Shown here in pieces: positions 10,701-22,584 of a stretch of 64,000 nucleotides of DNA. Every line of letters starts with the position of its first letter. The first letter of the stretch is position 1. Location of the stretch: the NCBI RefSeq assembly GCF_009914755.1, contig NC_060948.1. One strand, written 5' to 3'. A program made the position numbers and the translations under genes. A model generated the notes under the pieces. The model was not told the origin of the DNA, did not search any database, and saw only the letters and a list, made by a program, of their open reading frames with translations. Source of the DNA: the human T2T-CHM13v2.0 reference genome, Homo sapiens.

Positions 10701-12579
10701 CCGAGCAGCAGACGTTTGGGGCATCTTTTTGAAGAGCAGAAGCGAGTTCAGAGCGGAAGAGGTTTTTCAGTGAATGAAGCTATTTTTAAGGGAGTGTGAT
10801 TGCTGCCCCTTGCTAGTCCGATCTGGGACTGGGCGTCTTCGGCTATAAGCAGATTCTGCCACTCCTCAGACACCAGCAAGTCTCTGCAAATCGCGCCTCC
10901 CCATGTCAGTGCAGTCAGCCTCAGAATCATACACCCTCTGTGAACACAGGAGGCCTTAGTTTACGGGGAGGGGGAGGCGAAAGGAGATCATACATGGAAG
11001 CAGATCTGAGAAATCCCCTACCCCAGCCTCTGGGTGCTCTTAGGCCTTCTTCCCTGTTGCTCCTCGCTTTCCCTTCCATCGTGTGTAAAGTCTCTTTGAC
11101 CTAAATCAGATTGCAAACCACCCCCAGATGTCAGCCCTGATCACTGACGAAGATGAAGACATGCTGAGCTACATGGTCAGCCTGGAGGTGAGGCCAGGAA
11201 GACTGGGGCTAGAGGGTTTAGCGGGGGAGGGTAAGGGAAATAATTCATTCCTGTAAGCAAGAGTGAGCACCTCACCCGAAAACCTATCTAAGCTTTCTCC
11301 ACCTTGTCCTGACAGGTGGAAGAAGAGAAGCATCCTGTTCATCTCTGCAAGATCATGTTGTTCTTTCGGAGTAACCCCTACTTCCAGAATAAAGTGATTA
11401 CCAAGGAATATCTGGTGAACATCACAGGTGACAGGTGGCTCCCAGGATGGGTAGTGGAAGGAAGATGGTGGGTGGATCATTGCCAACGGGATCCAGCCCC
11501 CTTCCCACAAAAACTCCTGTCTCTGTAGAATACAGGGCTTCTCATTCCACTCCAATTGAGTGGTATCCGGATTATGAAGTGGAGGCCTATCGCCGCAGAC
11601 ACCACAACAGCAGCCTTAACTTCTTCAACTGGTTCTCTGACCACAACTTCGCAGGATCTAACAAGATTGCTGAGGTGAGTCCTCACTGGGAAACATGAGG
11701 AATGACCCCGTGTGTTCCCAGCTGCTTGGGTCACCTTTCTGAGCCCTGATGAGGCCTTTCCCGATTGAGTCCCCTGACAGATCCTATGTAAGGACCTGTG
11801 GCGCAATCCCCTGCAATACTACAAGAGGATGAAGCCACCTGAAGAGGGAACAGAGACGTCAGGTGAGCCGTTAGTTGGCACTGGAGCTGTTTGATGCCCA
11901 GTATAAGGGGGTTGACACACCTGCCTATTCAGGGAGCCTGGGTGCTCATTTCAGAAATGTAGAAATTGAGGCTCCTTTCGTACATGTAGAAATTCCTTGA
12001 GAGGAAGACAGAGAGTGACAGAATCCAGGACGTTCATGGCATTGGGCTGAAAAGGCACGTTAGAGACTGCACTGCAAAGCGGGTGATAGCTGTGGAGTCT
12101 TAAGCCCAGTGAAGAATCGTCCATTTCCAGAATCAATGAGAAGTAAAGCTGAAAATCATTCAGTTCAGTCTGTGGCACTTGATTCCACGGCTGTCAACCC
12201 CACCGGCAGTCATCCCGCCAACCCCATGAGATTGGGCTCCCTGAATGTGCGTCCTGGTCATCCTTGCCCCAAACCACAAAGGACTGTTTAGATTGATGGA
12301 TTTCCTTAAGCTGTTGCCCCATCAGACTTGTGTGTGCTTTTAGGGTCCAGTGCATCTTGTTAGCTGACTCCCCTCACAGACAATACTGGGAATGGGGCAG
12401 GGATTGCGCAGAACAGTTTGTAACACGTGGTAGGAGGAAGTTTAAGGGATCACAAATGGGGAAGGGATATCCTTTTCTCAGCGGGCCCCACAATTGAAAC
12501 ATTTCAAAGTATGGCTCAGAGAAAATGCGTTTTAACATGAGTTTGTGTTTCTCTAGGGGACTCCCAGTTGTTGAGTTGA
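10017..12579 (+). CDS. TSPY: Testis-specific protein Y-linked (SET/NAP1 family), copy 1, 308 aa, 6 coding exons
   Basis: Exons 10017-10502, 11110-11187, 11316-11427, 11529-11674, 11781-11862 and 12557-12579, all GT..AG and in phase. Translation: [15 protein letters not shown]...PGFWANV|[10 protein letters not shown]...|[32 protein letters not shown]...|[12 protein letters not shown]...[11 protein letters not shown]...|[14 protein letters not shown]...|GDSQLLS*. NAP-domain motifs PGFW, NPYF and FFNWF are present. Confidence 0.97.
10503..11109 (+). other. TSPY intron 1 (607 bp) with U12-type splice signals (also 30784-31390 and 51081-51687)
   Basis: 5' end is GTATCCTTCT; TCTTTGAC lies at 11093-11100 just upstream of CTAAATCAG; no polypyrimidine tract next to the AG. 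Confidence 0.75.
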
Positions 12580-12749
12580 ATATGATGGAGCATCAGATTT
12601 TACCTAATACAGCAGAACTCCTAAAAAGTTACAGCCATATGCAGGACGGCAGTACTCAGCATGGTCTTATGCACAGGAACTAAAGGAAAAAGAGATCGAG
12701 TCACAAAAATTCAGGAAGAGGGGGTAAATGTGGATTGTATGGAATGAAA

Positions 12750-12755
12750 AATAAA
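12750..12755 (+). terminator. TSPY polyadenylation signal AATAAA, copy 1
   Basis: AATAAA 170 nt after the stop codon, followed by a GT-rich (TG)n downstream element at 12768-12834. Confidence 0.8.
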
Positions 12756-15496
12756 CATTCTCAAGGATGTGTGACTCTGTGTCTGTGTGTGTGTGTGTGT
12801 CTTTGTGTTTGTGTGTGTGTGTGTCTGTGTGTGTATGTTTATCCACTTTATTCGGGTGTCATAATGAATTGATCAATCCACGTGCTTTATTCTCTTCATG
12901 GAAATAACCAGTCTGCGTTGGAGCTGGGCCTCTAAAGTTGTAGAGTGAATGGGTGTGGGATGTTTTGGGATTCTTCCTACAGGACAGAGTGGGAGAGGTA
13001 AAAGCAAAAGACAGCTTAGTTGGAGGCTGACTTCGTCCTATGGAAGCAGAGATAGTTCAAGGAAAGGGGTTACTGGGTTTCCAGGGCCCAGTTTGCTGGG
13101 ACCTCCAAAATCCTTCATTTTGGGTATCATCATACACAGTAGCTAAGCACAGGATGATGGAAATCTTAAAGTTCGCTTTCGTGTTGAATCCACATGTTCT
13201 TTTAAAGGTGAATGCATGATCCTTTTCTGGGACAATCAGCCTCTCAGGACTTCTGAAACATCAACGTGAGAAGAAATGGGCATGTAAGGTGTATGGAGGG
13301 ACTGTGGGAAAGGTGACAGAGGCATGTGGGAAGGCATTCAGGATACGCTTTTGGCATAGATGACTAAGGGAAAACAGAAACTTACAGAAGTGAGGGGAAA
13401 GGGGGTGGATTAGTGGAATATAAGATTGTTGGAGAATCCATCCATGGACTCTCTTGTCACTTGATGACCCAGGATATGGACACTCTTGTTGATGTTTACA
13501 TCTTTAGTTGTTTTAAGCTTTTCTCCAAGATTCTGTGTTAGGTGAGGAGCCAATAACGTATGTAGCTAACAACAGTACGAGTGCATTTTGTGCTCTTGCA
13601 AAGTCTAGTGAGGCTCTATTCTCCCTCGTGATTGGCACTGCAGATTGTATCTGGACCCAGGGCCCCTAAATTTTCTGTGGCCTCTTCAGCATAGTTTGCC
13701 TAAGGTTTAGAACGTAAAGTGAATATAGTTGCGGAATATGTTTTGCAAGCCTCACACAGGAGGACAAAACATACAGCTTTCATTCGCGAGTGGGAGGCTG
13801 CTTCCCAGGAACACGTGTGTCTGCACAAGACAAGGGGTTGCCTCTGTCAAGGATGGGGCAGGAGGATTTCAGTGTCGGAGGCAGAACTTTCTTTCCTGTT
13901 CCCAGATGAAACAGTTCCAACACGAGCATCCATGTTGACCACACGCTACTAGAGTGCTAACATTGCTGTCCCGTATAGACTCCAGTCAGCACAGCTTCTG
14001 TGAGAAGAGCTATGTTGTTTCAGGGAAGAGGGTTTGACAGTCAAAGTTCCTGAATCTGTTGTGGTGCCTGCAATATGCATTCTACCCCTCCTGCTCGGTG
14101 TCAAAGCAGTTGAGCTTTGAAAATCTATCGCCCGGTTTTGTCCCTGCTCCTATGCAGACCTCTGAAGCTCTGGAGCGGGAGTCTTGTCCTCCTCTGACTA
14201 CCGTCCCCCTGACCCACAAACACAGGAGAAACAGGTGTTCTAAGCAAATTATTCTGAAAACAGTCGGAACCCTTTGGCCCCCTCAAGCTGCCCTGTATCC
14301 TACTGTGTGCATGTCAAAGACACTGTGGTCCAGTACGGTATCCCTATAGCGGCAATGGGGCAACAGATTGGTGTGTGCACTCTGGGCAACTCAGATTAGG
14401 AAACGTCTGGGGACTTGCCTATAACAAGGTCGTCTTAAAACGTGTTGCCCCAAATTTAAGGCATAGGAAAATGTTGAGGAAAGGGTCTTGCAATGATTTT
14501 TCTAGGAGGTAAATAGATAAGAAAATGACCGTAAATAGATGCCAGGGCTAGTTTTGGAGCTAGCCTTTTTTAAAGTGGTGGTAGGGGAGGAGGTTTTTCC
14601 AAGGCAGGTAGCAAACCAGGAGCTGTCTACGATGGATGGGCGTGCCATGGGTTGGTGGCTCAGCCATATTGCCACCCCACAGAGTCGATGCAGCAGACTG
14701 GGCTTCTTCCTTGAATCCTACGTGCAATTCAGTCTAGTGATTTCACATGAGATCCCTTCTTCTGGTATTATCACAGATCGTGCTGAATTATACAGGCTGT
14801 GTAATGCTTCTTCCACTGAATATCCGTGCACGTGGGCCACAGATGCTAAGGGCACTGACAAATTTGCACCGTGCCTCAGTAACTCGGAAGCACATCTGTG
14901 ATTTGTACCGACAGGGACTTGGTGTCTTTTCGTGTTTAAAGTAGCACGTGTGTGTTTGTGGTTGCGTATGTTTATTTCTCTGTGCGGGTTTGTATATTTT
15001 CTCTGACTCCACCTATGTCTCCGTGGTTCCGATATTTTTCCACACTCCCTGCGACAATTTGCACATGCCTATCTCTACAACCATTGTAGACTTTGTATCT
15101 GTGTCTTTGAACATCTGTCACTCTCTCTCCCTTCCTTTTTTCTTTTCCTTCCTTTACACCCCTCCTTTCATCCTTCCCTTGCTTCCCCACCACACTCTCT
15201 CCATCTGTATCGTCTATGTTTCTATTCTCTATCTGGGTTTACTTTCTAATTCTGAATTCAAGGGCATTGAATTGAAAAGAAGCACTCTTCGTACTTTTAT
15301 GTGTTTTAACTCATTTGGGGAATTTGGCGTGGTATTATTTACAGGGTTCTCTCTGCCCTTTCTCATTGTTCTCCCCAGCCGGGGCTGTTATTATGTGAAA
15401 GCTGGTTTCCTTCATCACATCGCGTAGGCTCTAATGATGTTTCGTTTATTTTGATTCTCCTCACACTACATAGTTTTAATTTACCTAATGTGACTG

Positions 15497-15802
15497 TTTT
15501 TTTGTTTGTTTTCCGAGAATGGGTCTTACTCTGTCTTCTAGGTTGGACAGCAGCCCCACGATCTCAGCCCACTGCAGCCCAGGCACCACACACCCATGTG
15601 ATCCTGTCAACTCAGACTCTCACACACCTGGCAGTACAGGTGCATGCCACCCCTCCAAGCTATGTATTAATTAACTAAATACTTACTTTTTGAATGTGGG
15701 TCCATGTTGCCCCAGGCTCATCTGGAACTCCTGAGTGCAGGCAATCCTCCCACCTCAGCTTATCAAAGTGCTGGGATGACAGGTGTGACCCATGGCCCTG
15801 CC
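15497..15802 (-). mobile_element. Diverged Alu, antisense (also ~35778-36083 and ~56071-56376)
   Basis: T-rich tail, then GAGAATGGGTCTTACTCTGTC...CCATGTTGCCCCAGGCT..CTGGAACTCCTGAG..CAATCCTCCCACCTCAGC..CAAAGTGCTGGGATGACAGGTGTGA. Confidence 0.85.
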
Positions 15803-15946
15803 ATGGCTTTGTGTTTTTTGCTTTTTTCTTCCTCCTCCTCACGTCTTGTTTTGAAACATGCACTGAAGGTTTCAATTCATGGACTATAGCCTCTGTGCCT
15901 GGAATTTCTATCTTTCAACTCATCATCAGCATTCATTGGGATTTTC

Positions 15947-16080
15947 ATATATATATATACCTATATAAGACTACCTATGTACACACATATATACGTATAT
16001 ACATGTATATACGTATATATGCACATTTATATACGTATATACATGTATATACGTATATATATACATGTACACATATGTAT
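15947..16080. repeat. (TA)n plus TA-rich palindromic tandem motif (also 36228-36389 and 56520-56653)
   Basis: Alternating purine-pyrimidine tract with repeated TATATACGTATATACATG units. Confidence 0.92.
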
Positions 16081-16199
16081 TTATTTCTCAAGTTACGAAA
16101 CGGCTTGCATTCTTTCCTGTGTCATGAAAAAGACTTTGCTAGAAAAGAAAAGCACTGCTTTATAATAAAATATTTTATTTGCATTTATTTTGTTAAGGC

Positions 16200-17950
16200 A
16201 TTTTAAAAATTGTATGTTTGTTTAAAAAATGTCATATGAAATGATACATATTTACAACTTAAGGCGTGATGTTCAACAGGTCATATACATTATGCATTGG
16301 ATACATCCAGCCAATCAACATATGTGTGACCTCACATAGTTGTCATTTTTGTTGTGAAAAAACTTGACCTGCACTGTATTCGAATATTTTTAGAGAAAGA
16401 ATATGTTACCACTAGTTATAGTGAGCATGCTGAAGAAAATATTTTTAACCTATTCCTCCTTTATAACTAGAAGTATGAGTTCTTCATCCAGCATCTCGTC
16501 AGTGCACCCTCTTCACCGCAGTCATTGGAGTCACTACTTCTGTGAAGTCCGCTTTTTTGATTTCATATAAGAATGAGATCATGTGCTACTTTCCTTTCTG
16601 ATACCTGGCTTATGTCACTTAACAGAATGGCATGCACACATTCAGCAGATTCCCACACATTCTCACAACTGGCAGGATTTCCTGATTTCTTATTGCAGCG
16701 CATATTTACGTTGCGCATATGCGTTTTTGCCCCATTTTTTAATCCACTTATCAATGGAGGGACTCTCAGGTTGCTTCCGCATTTTGGCTACAGCAAAAAT
16801 GTAATGAGTGCAGCAATAATTGCATGGGTGCGCGCACCGCTTCAACATACTGATCTGTGTACTGGCGGGCGTGCCCGGGTATTCTGATTTGCTGGATCAT
16901 ATAGTGGGTGGTTCTACTTGTAGATTTCTGAAGGCTGTTTATACTTAAATAAGAGCCATAAAGCTTCTTTAATGCCAGCACTAATTTACATTCTCCCCAA
17001 AAGTGAGCAGGGAATTCGTTTTCTCTGCCTCCTCACCAGAGATTAGGGTTTTCTTTTCTTTCTTTTTTTTTTTTTGTTTGTTTGTCTTTCGGATAATATG
17101 CATTCTGACTGAAGTGAGAAGAAATCTCATTGTGTTTTTGATTTGCATTTTCGTGATGGATTGGGGATAATGAGGAATTTTTAGTGTGTCTTCTGGGCAA
17201 CTGTATGTCTCAGTTTCACAAATGAGTCTTCGCAGCCTTCGCCCATTTGTTTTCATGCTATTGAGTTGTTGGGAGTTCCTTATGTACTGTGACTATTCCC
17301 CCATGAACAGATGTATGGTGATCCAATCATTGCTCCCATCCTGTAGGATGCCCCTTCTGTATGTTGAGTTTTCTATGGTGTGGTGAAGCACTTTAGTTTG
17401 ATATGATTCCATTCTCTATTTTTGATGGTGTTTACTGTGTTCTTGCAGTCACTTTGAGACCATCATTGCACACACGGACGCCATGGAGCTTCTTCCTTGT
17501 GATCTCTTCTGCTATTTTTATCGTTTCACATCTGACACTGGAGTTTGGTGATAAATAATCCACTTGTAAAATCCTTTGTGTGGCTATTCAGATTTCCCCA
17601 ACCTAGTTTATAGAAGATACTTGATTTTGCATTGGGCATTCTTGCTTCTTTGGGAAAAGGCTGTGAGCTGCAAATGCAGTGACTTAGTTCTGGGCTCCTG
17701 TTGTTTTTCCTAAGCTCTAGTCTCTGCTTTTCTGCCAGTGCTATTGTATTTTGGTACAAAAAGTTTTGTAGTAGTATATCATGAAGTTAGGTAGTGTGGT
17801 GGCTCCAGCTTTGTGCTTTTTACTGGATTGCTCTGGGTTTTCAGGATCTTCTGCCATTTCATAGCAAATTTGGGATTCCCAGATTGTTTTTCTAAGAAGA
17901 ATGTGTCATTGATATTTTTACAGGGGTTGTATAGAATCTGAGGATGACTC
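16200..17950 (-). mobile_element. Old LINE-1 fragment (ORF2 C-terminal region and 3' end), antisense
   Basis: Minus-strand translation SITKMQIKNTMRFLLTSVRMHIIRK resembles L1 ORF2p AIREMQIKTTMRYHLTPVRMAIIKK, and SIFYKLGWGN resembles SLFNKWCWEN. Many stops and frameshifts. Boundaries are approximate. Confidence 0.85.
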
Positions 17951-18659
17951 AGGTAGTAGTGATGTCAATGCCGTTTAGACAATGTGCGTGTTTGTGTGCA
18001 CAAGCTCAGGGCCAAGAGACACTGGGTGTCCTCACCAATACTGAGGTGGGCCTTAATATCCAGCCAGATTGCCTTCTGGAAACACACGGAATGTCCTGTT
18101 CTGTTTTGCCATCTCTTCACATTTCCTCCCCTGTGAGCCCTGTGTGGTCCTCCAGATTCCCTGTGCGGTGGCCTGCCTTTTTTGGGGTGGGGAGTTGCTG
18201 GGTGAATGAGGATGGCGGAGGGAACCAAGTATGTCAGTGGAGCGTGGTGTCATCCAAACGGTACTTAGCAGGCCTGGGAGAGTCATTCTGGGAGGACGCA
18301 GACCTAGAGAGGCCTCAGGTGGGCATCTGTGTGGAGGGTGAGAGATCCCTGGTTGAGCCCAAACTGAACCCCAGGTAGAAGCAAGCCTCAGGACAGGGAA
18401 GTAGCTAGCAAGGGATGATGAGGGAGCTATCTCTTGACCCTGGCTTCCCACCCATTGACCTTAGCTACTTGTGCCTATTAAGCAGATTACGGTTCCCCCA
18501 TCGTGAAATGTGGGTACCACAGTTCCCTGATGGGCATTTCTCCACCAGCCCATGATGGCCTGAGTTTCCTTACTGCAGTCTCCTCCCTGAGCCTTGGCTT
18601 CTCTATGTGTGTCCTAACTCCAGGACCCACAGGCCTGTCAACCCCCAGCCCTGGGCTGC

Positions 18660-19440
18660 TTCCCTGGCCTCTTCTCTGTTCCCTCTCTGAGGGCCTAACT
18701 CCCTTGGGTAGTGCTGCAGAATATAGAGCCACAGGCCCTGGCTGATGATCTGGTGGACTGGGCAAATTGGTCGTGACAGGTCAGGTTCTGGTTCAAAGCC
18801 AATTCCTCCGATGCCAAGGAATGTCGAAGAAGGTCCTTTGCCATGATGCCCCATAGCTGCCCCACCTCAGCAATCGTGCCGTAACCTGGGCCCTCACAGT
18901 CAGACAACCAGCTGAAGAAGCTCAGGCAGTGACCTGCGGGAAACTCGGGCTTTCACCTGCATGACCCTAGAACCACTGGACTGCAGTGGAGCCAGTCGCC
19001 CTGTATCCTGGAGGGAGACGAGTCAGGAAGGCGCACGCCAGGCCCAGCTCCCGAGGTACTACCCCCTCTACTCCTCAGGGAGGATGCCAACGCAATACTC
19101 CTTAGTCATCACTTTGTTTCCGAAGTAAATGTTGTGATGAAAGGCAAACTTCTTCCTACCCCTTGTATTCAGGGTGGCCGAGTTCCTCCACCTGCCTGTC
19201 CAAGAAGGAGAAACAGGGCTGTGAAGGGGCAATTTCATCTAGGTGGGCTGAGGTGGCATTCTAGCCGGGGTGAAGCATGCGTTTCCCCTTCCCAGCTTTC
19301 CCGCTGAGACACACCTGAGCCCCAGAAGGACCTCAACCTGACCAGGACCTTAGCACCCTCCCCCAGACCCAGGCTTTCCATCCTGACCTGCAAATCCAAC
19401 ATGCAGCTTTGAAGGACTTTCTCATGGTTTCTGAGCTCCT
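18660..19440 (-). pseudogene. Partial TSPY-family paralogue B (exons 2-5 remnants), related to paralogue A
   Basis: Exon2-like ~19436-19388 (NHEKVLQSCMLDLQ|gtcag); exon3-like 19191-~19079 (VEELGHPEYKG*...FHHNIYFGNKVMTKEYCVGIL); exon4-like 19007-18866 (YRATGSTAVQWF*...LSFFSWLSD...TIAE|gtggg); exon5-like from 18749 (IISQGLWLYILQHY). In-frame stops are present. Confidence 0.85.
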
Positions 19441-21481
19441 TGCTCTCACCAGAAAGAATCAGAACTTTTAAAGTGTTCTTTATGCCAACTTAAATTTTTC
19501 ATTTTTACTACCTCATGTTTTGGATGAGGCATGTATTTTTAAATTTATTTTCACCCTTATTGTACCTCTATGATAAACTGCTTGCTTACATTCATACCGT
19601 AATTATCTCTCAGGTTACTTGTCTGTTCCTAAAGATTCACTGAAACGAAGAATTCTATATATGCTTGTATCTTTCAGCAACCGTATGTCAGATAACACTG
19701 CACATTACTGCAGACATCGCATATACAGGTCCAAAGGTAGAGGAAGAAGAAGAAAGCAAGCGTTAAACTCTATTCATTCCTAAAAGCATATCAGAAACTC
19801 ACAAATAACAGTGAAATCAAAGAATGATCACAGCCAATTCCATTACATACCTAGACTGAAATACGAAACTTCAAAGAAAAGAAACATTAGAACTTTGGGT
19901 TTGTAAAAATTTTCCTATATAGATAAAATTATTGGTAACTGTGTCTCACTAGAAAACGTAAACAAAAATCCATGTTTTTCATATTTGTAAATATACATAG
20001 TTTTATTTCCATCAGTTATGACATGCAAGCAAGTAATAAAGTGAAAGTACAATCAAATGATATATGGAACTTCCTCAGTCTTAAAATATTCCATGGAGAC
20101 TATCAATTTTATGAAAACTATAAAGAATGCTTCATGAAACTACATTGTACAGTGCCATTTACTATTTTACTGACATTTTAAATAATCAACAATTAAAGGG
20201 AATACGTCAACATTATTTAATACCAATAACGTTATTTTTCTTGAGTAATCCTGTTGAAATTAAGGATTTTAAATAAAACATTAAAAACAAATTATATTGA
20301 CTGATTTCAGCTTTGGATGAAATCATACTTGTGTATTTGTAGTAATGCGAAGCATAACTTTCTCCTCACAATTAATCTTTTATAACATCGGTGTTATAGT
20401 TTTCTCTGACACCAACATTGTGATATCGCACAGGTTTACTGCATGCATGCATTACATGCCTCCAGAGAGTAGGCTTCAAATATATGGAAAAATTATATTT
20501 ATGAAAAAATTCTAGGAAAGGGAATGGTGAAATGGAAGAGAATTTCTCACTTGCTAACTGTTGGACATGGATTTGTATATATTTGGATATAGACACATAC
20601 TGGCACACTGTGAGTTTGCCCATGTATATATACACTTATATGAGAAACCCATAATATATGGGTTGTGTAATCTTTTAATTAATCCATAATTGTATGTGTG
20701 TGAAATTAGATAAGCGGTTACCTTTTCTTTACTCAATTTGATGGAAAGCCAAAAAACTCTGTCCACCTTCATTTCAATTAATCCAATACTGTTAACTGCT
20801 GGTAGCTTCATTCTCCTTGTTCTCTTACGGCAACCGGAAAGTTAATTCTCGCTCTAATTTGGCTTTCAAGGTGCGATCAACAAGAGTGTCACCTTGCTGT
20901 GGATTGTGACCTCTGACTCCACCTCTGTCTTCCTTTTGCAGTCCTACCTTTGCATAGGTAACAAACTTTGTACATGGTTAAAAGGATAAAAGTTCAGTGA
21001 AATGTCAAGCCATGCTGTGAAATGTTCCATAGTTTCTATATCTCTAATTGTCCTTTGATGTTATAGAGGCAAGAAAAATAATTCAATGTTTTTCTTAGTA
21101 TCTAGTCCAATGCACTCTTTCTTCATAATACTGCAAACAAGGCACTGACATGGAAACGTGGCTGGACGTCTCAAAATCTCTTCTCATTAATTACCATTAT
21201 GTTAATCACTGTTGCCCACAACTGGAATTGGACTTTGAAATCCCCTGGTGGAAATTGCTATAATGGCTCAAACTACTGGAAAGACTATCTTTTTTTACCT
21301 GAAAATATCTGATGAGCATAGACGTATGCTATATACAGGAAGATATTGTACATTAACAACATACCATCACTGCCACTCAATAATAGGTATCCCAAACCTT
21401 TGAGCCAAACTGAGCTCAGGTGCTCCCACAAACCAAGCTTTTCCCTCCACAGATTTCTTATGTCAAAAAGCCACAACTCCA

Positions 21482-22135
21482 GGCCAGGCTTCGTGGCTCT
21501 TGTTGTAATTTCTACATTTTGGGAGGCCGAGGTTGGTGGGTCAGTTGAGGTCAGGAGTTGGAGACTAGCATGGGCAACATGGCAAAAAGCTGTCTCTACC
21601 AAAAATACAAAAATTAGCCAGACCTAGTGGCACTTTCCTGTGGTCCCAGCTACTTGGGAGGCTGAGGTAGGAGAACCACCTGAACATGGGTGGCAGAGAT
21701 TGTATAGTAAGCCAAGATCAGACTACTGCACTCCAGCCTGGATGACACAGCGAGACCATGAAAAAAAAAATAAAGGCAACTCCACTCGTCCACTGGCTTA
21801 GGTAAAAAATACTGGAGTTGGCTGGGCTCGGTGGCTCACACCTGTATTCCCAGCACTTTGGATTTTGGGAAGCTGAGTCGGGCGGGTCACCTGAGATCTG
21901 TAGTAGGAGAGCAGCCTGGCCAACATGGTGAAGCCTGGCTTCTACTAAAAATACAAAACATTAGCTGAGCGTGGTGATGCATGCTTGTAATCCCAGCTAC
22001 TGCAGAGGCTGAACCTGGGAGGCGGAGGATGTGTTGAGCTGAGATCCTGCCACTGCGCTCCAGCCTGGTCTACAGAGCGAGAGTACCCTGTGAGAAACAA
22101 AGGTGAAGAGAACAAGAAAAAAAAATGAGAAAAAT
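21482..22135 (+). mobile_element. Tandem Alu pair, unit 2
   Basis: Copy of 1195-1865 with a shorter first poly(A) tail. Confidence 0.9.
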
Positions 22136-22231
22136 AAGACCCACTGCAAAAGGTTGCCACAGAAAAGATTAAACATTTCAGCAACTTCTATCTTCTATCA
22201 TGGAAGCCAAGGTTATTTGGACCAAACCTCC

Positions 22232-22584
22232 TGTCTTAGTTCATTTTCACGCTGCTGAAGAAGAGATACCTGAAACTGGGAATAAAAGGAGGTTTAATTG
22301 GACTGACAGTTCCACATGGCTGTGGAGGCCTCAGAATCATGGTATACGAATAAAGGCACTTCTTACATGGCAATGCCAAGAGAGAATGAGGAAGAACCTG
22401 AGGCAGAAACCCCTGAAAAACCCATCAGATCCCGTGAGACTTCTTCACTGTCACAAGAATAGCATGAGAAAGACCGACCCCCATGATTCAATTACCTCCC
22501 CCTGGGTCCCACCCGCAACACGAGGGAATTCTGGGAGATACAATTGAAGCTGAGATTTGAATGGAGACACACCAAACCATGTCA
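22232..22584 (-). mobile_element. THE1-family solo LTR, unit 2
   Basis: Copy of 1959-2311. Confidence 0.87.

Noticed and set aside
11901-11910. TATA-like GTATAAGGGG in intron 5 as an internal promoter
   Set aside because: Isolated short motif with no supporting context.
15947-16080. CRISPR-like or other prokaryotic repeat-spacer array
   Set aside because: The sequence is primate genomic (Alu, L1, spliceosomal introns), and the repeats are TA-derived without unique spacers.
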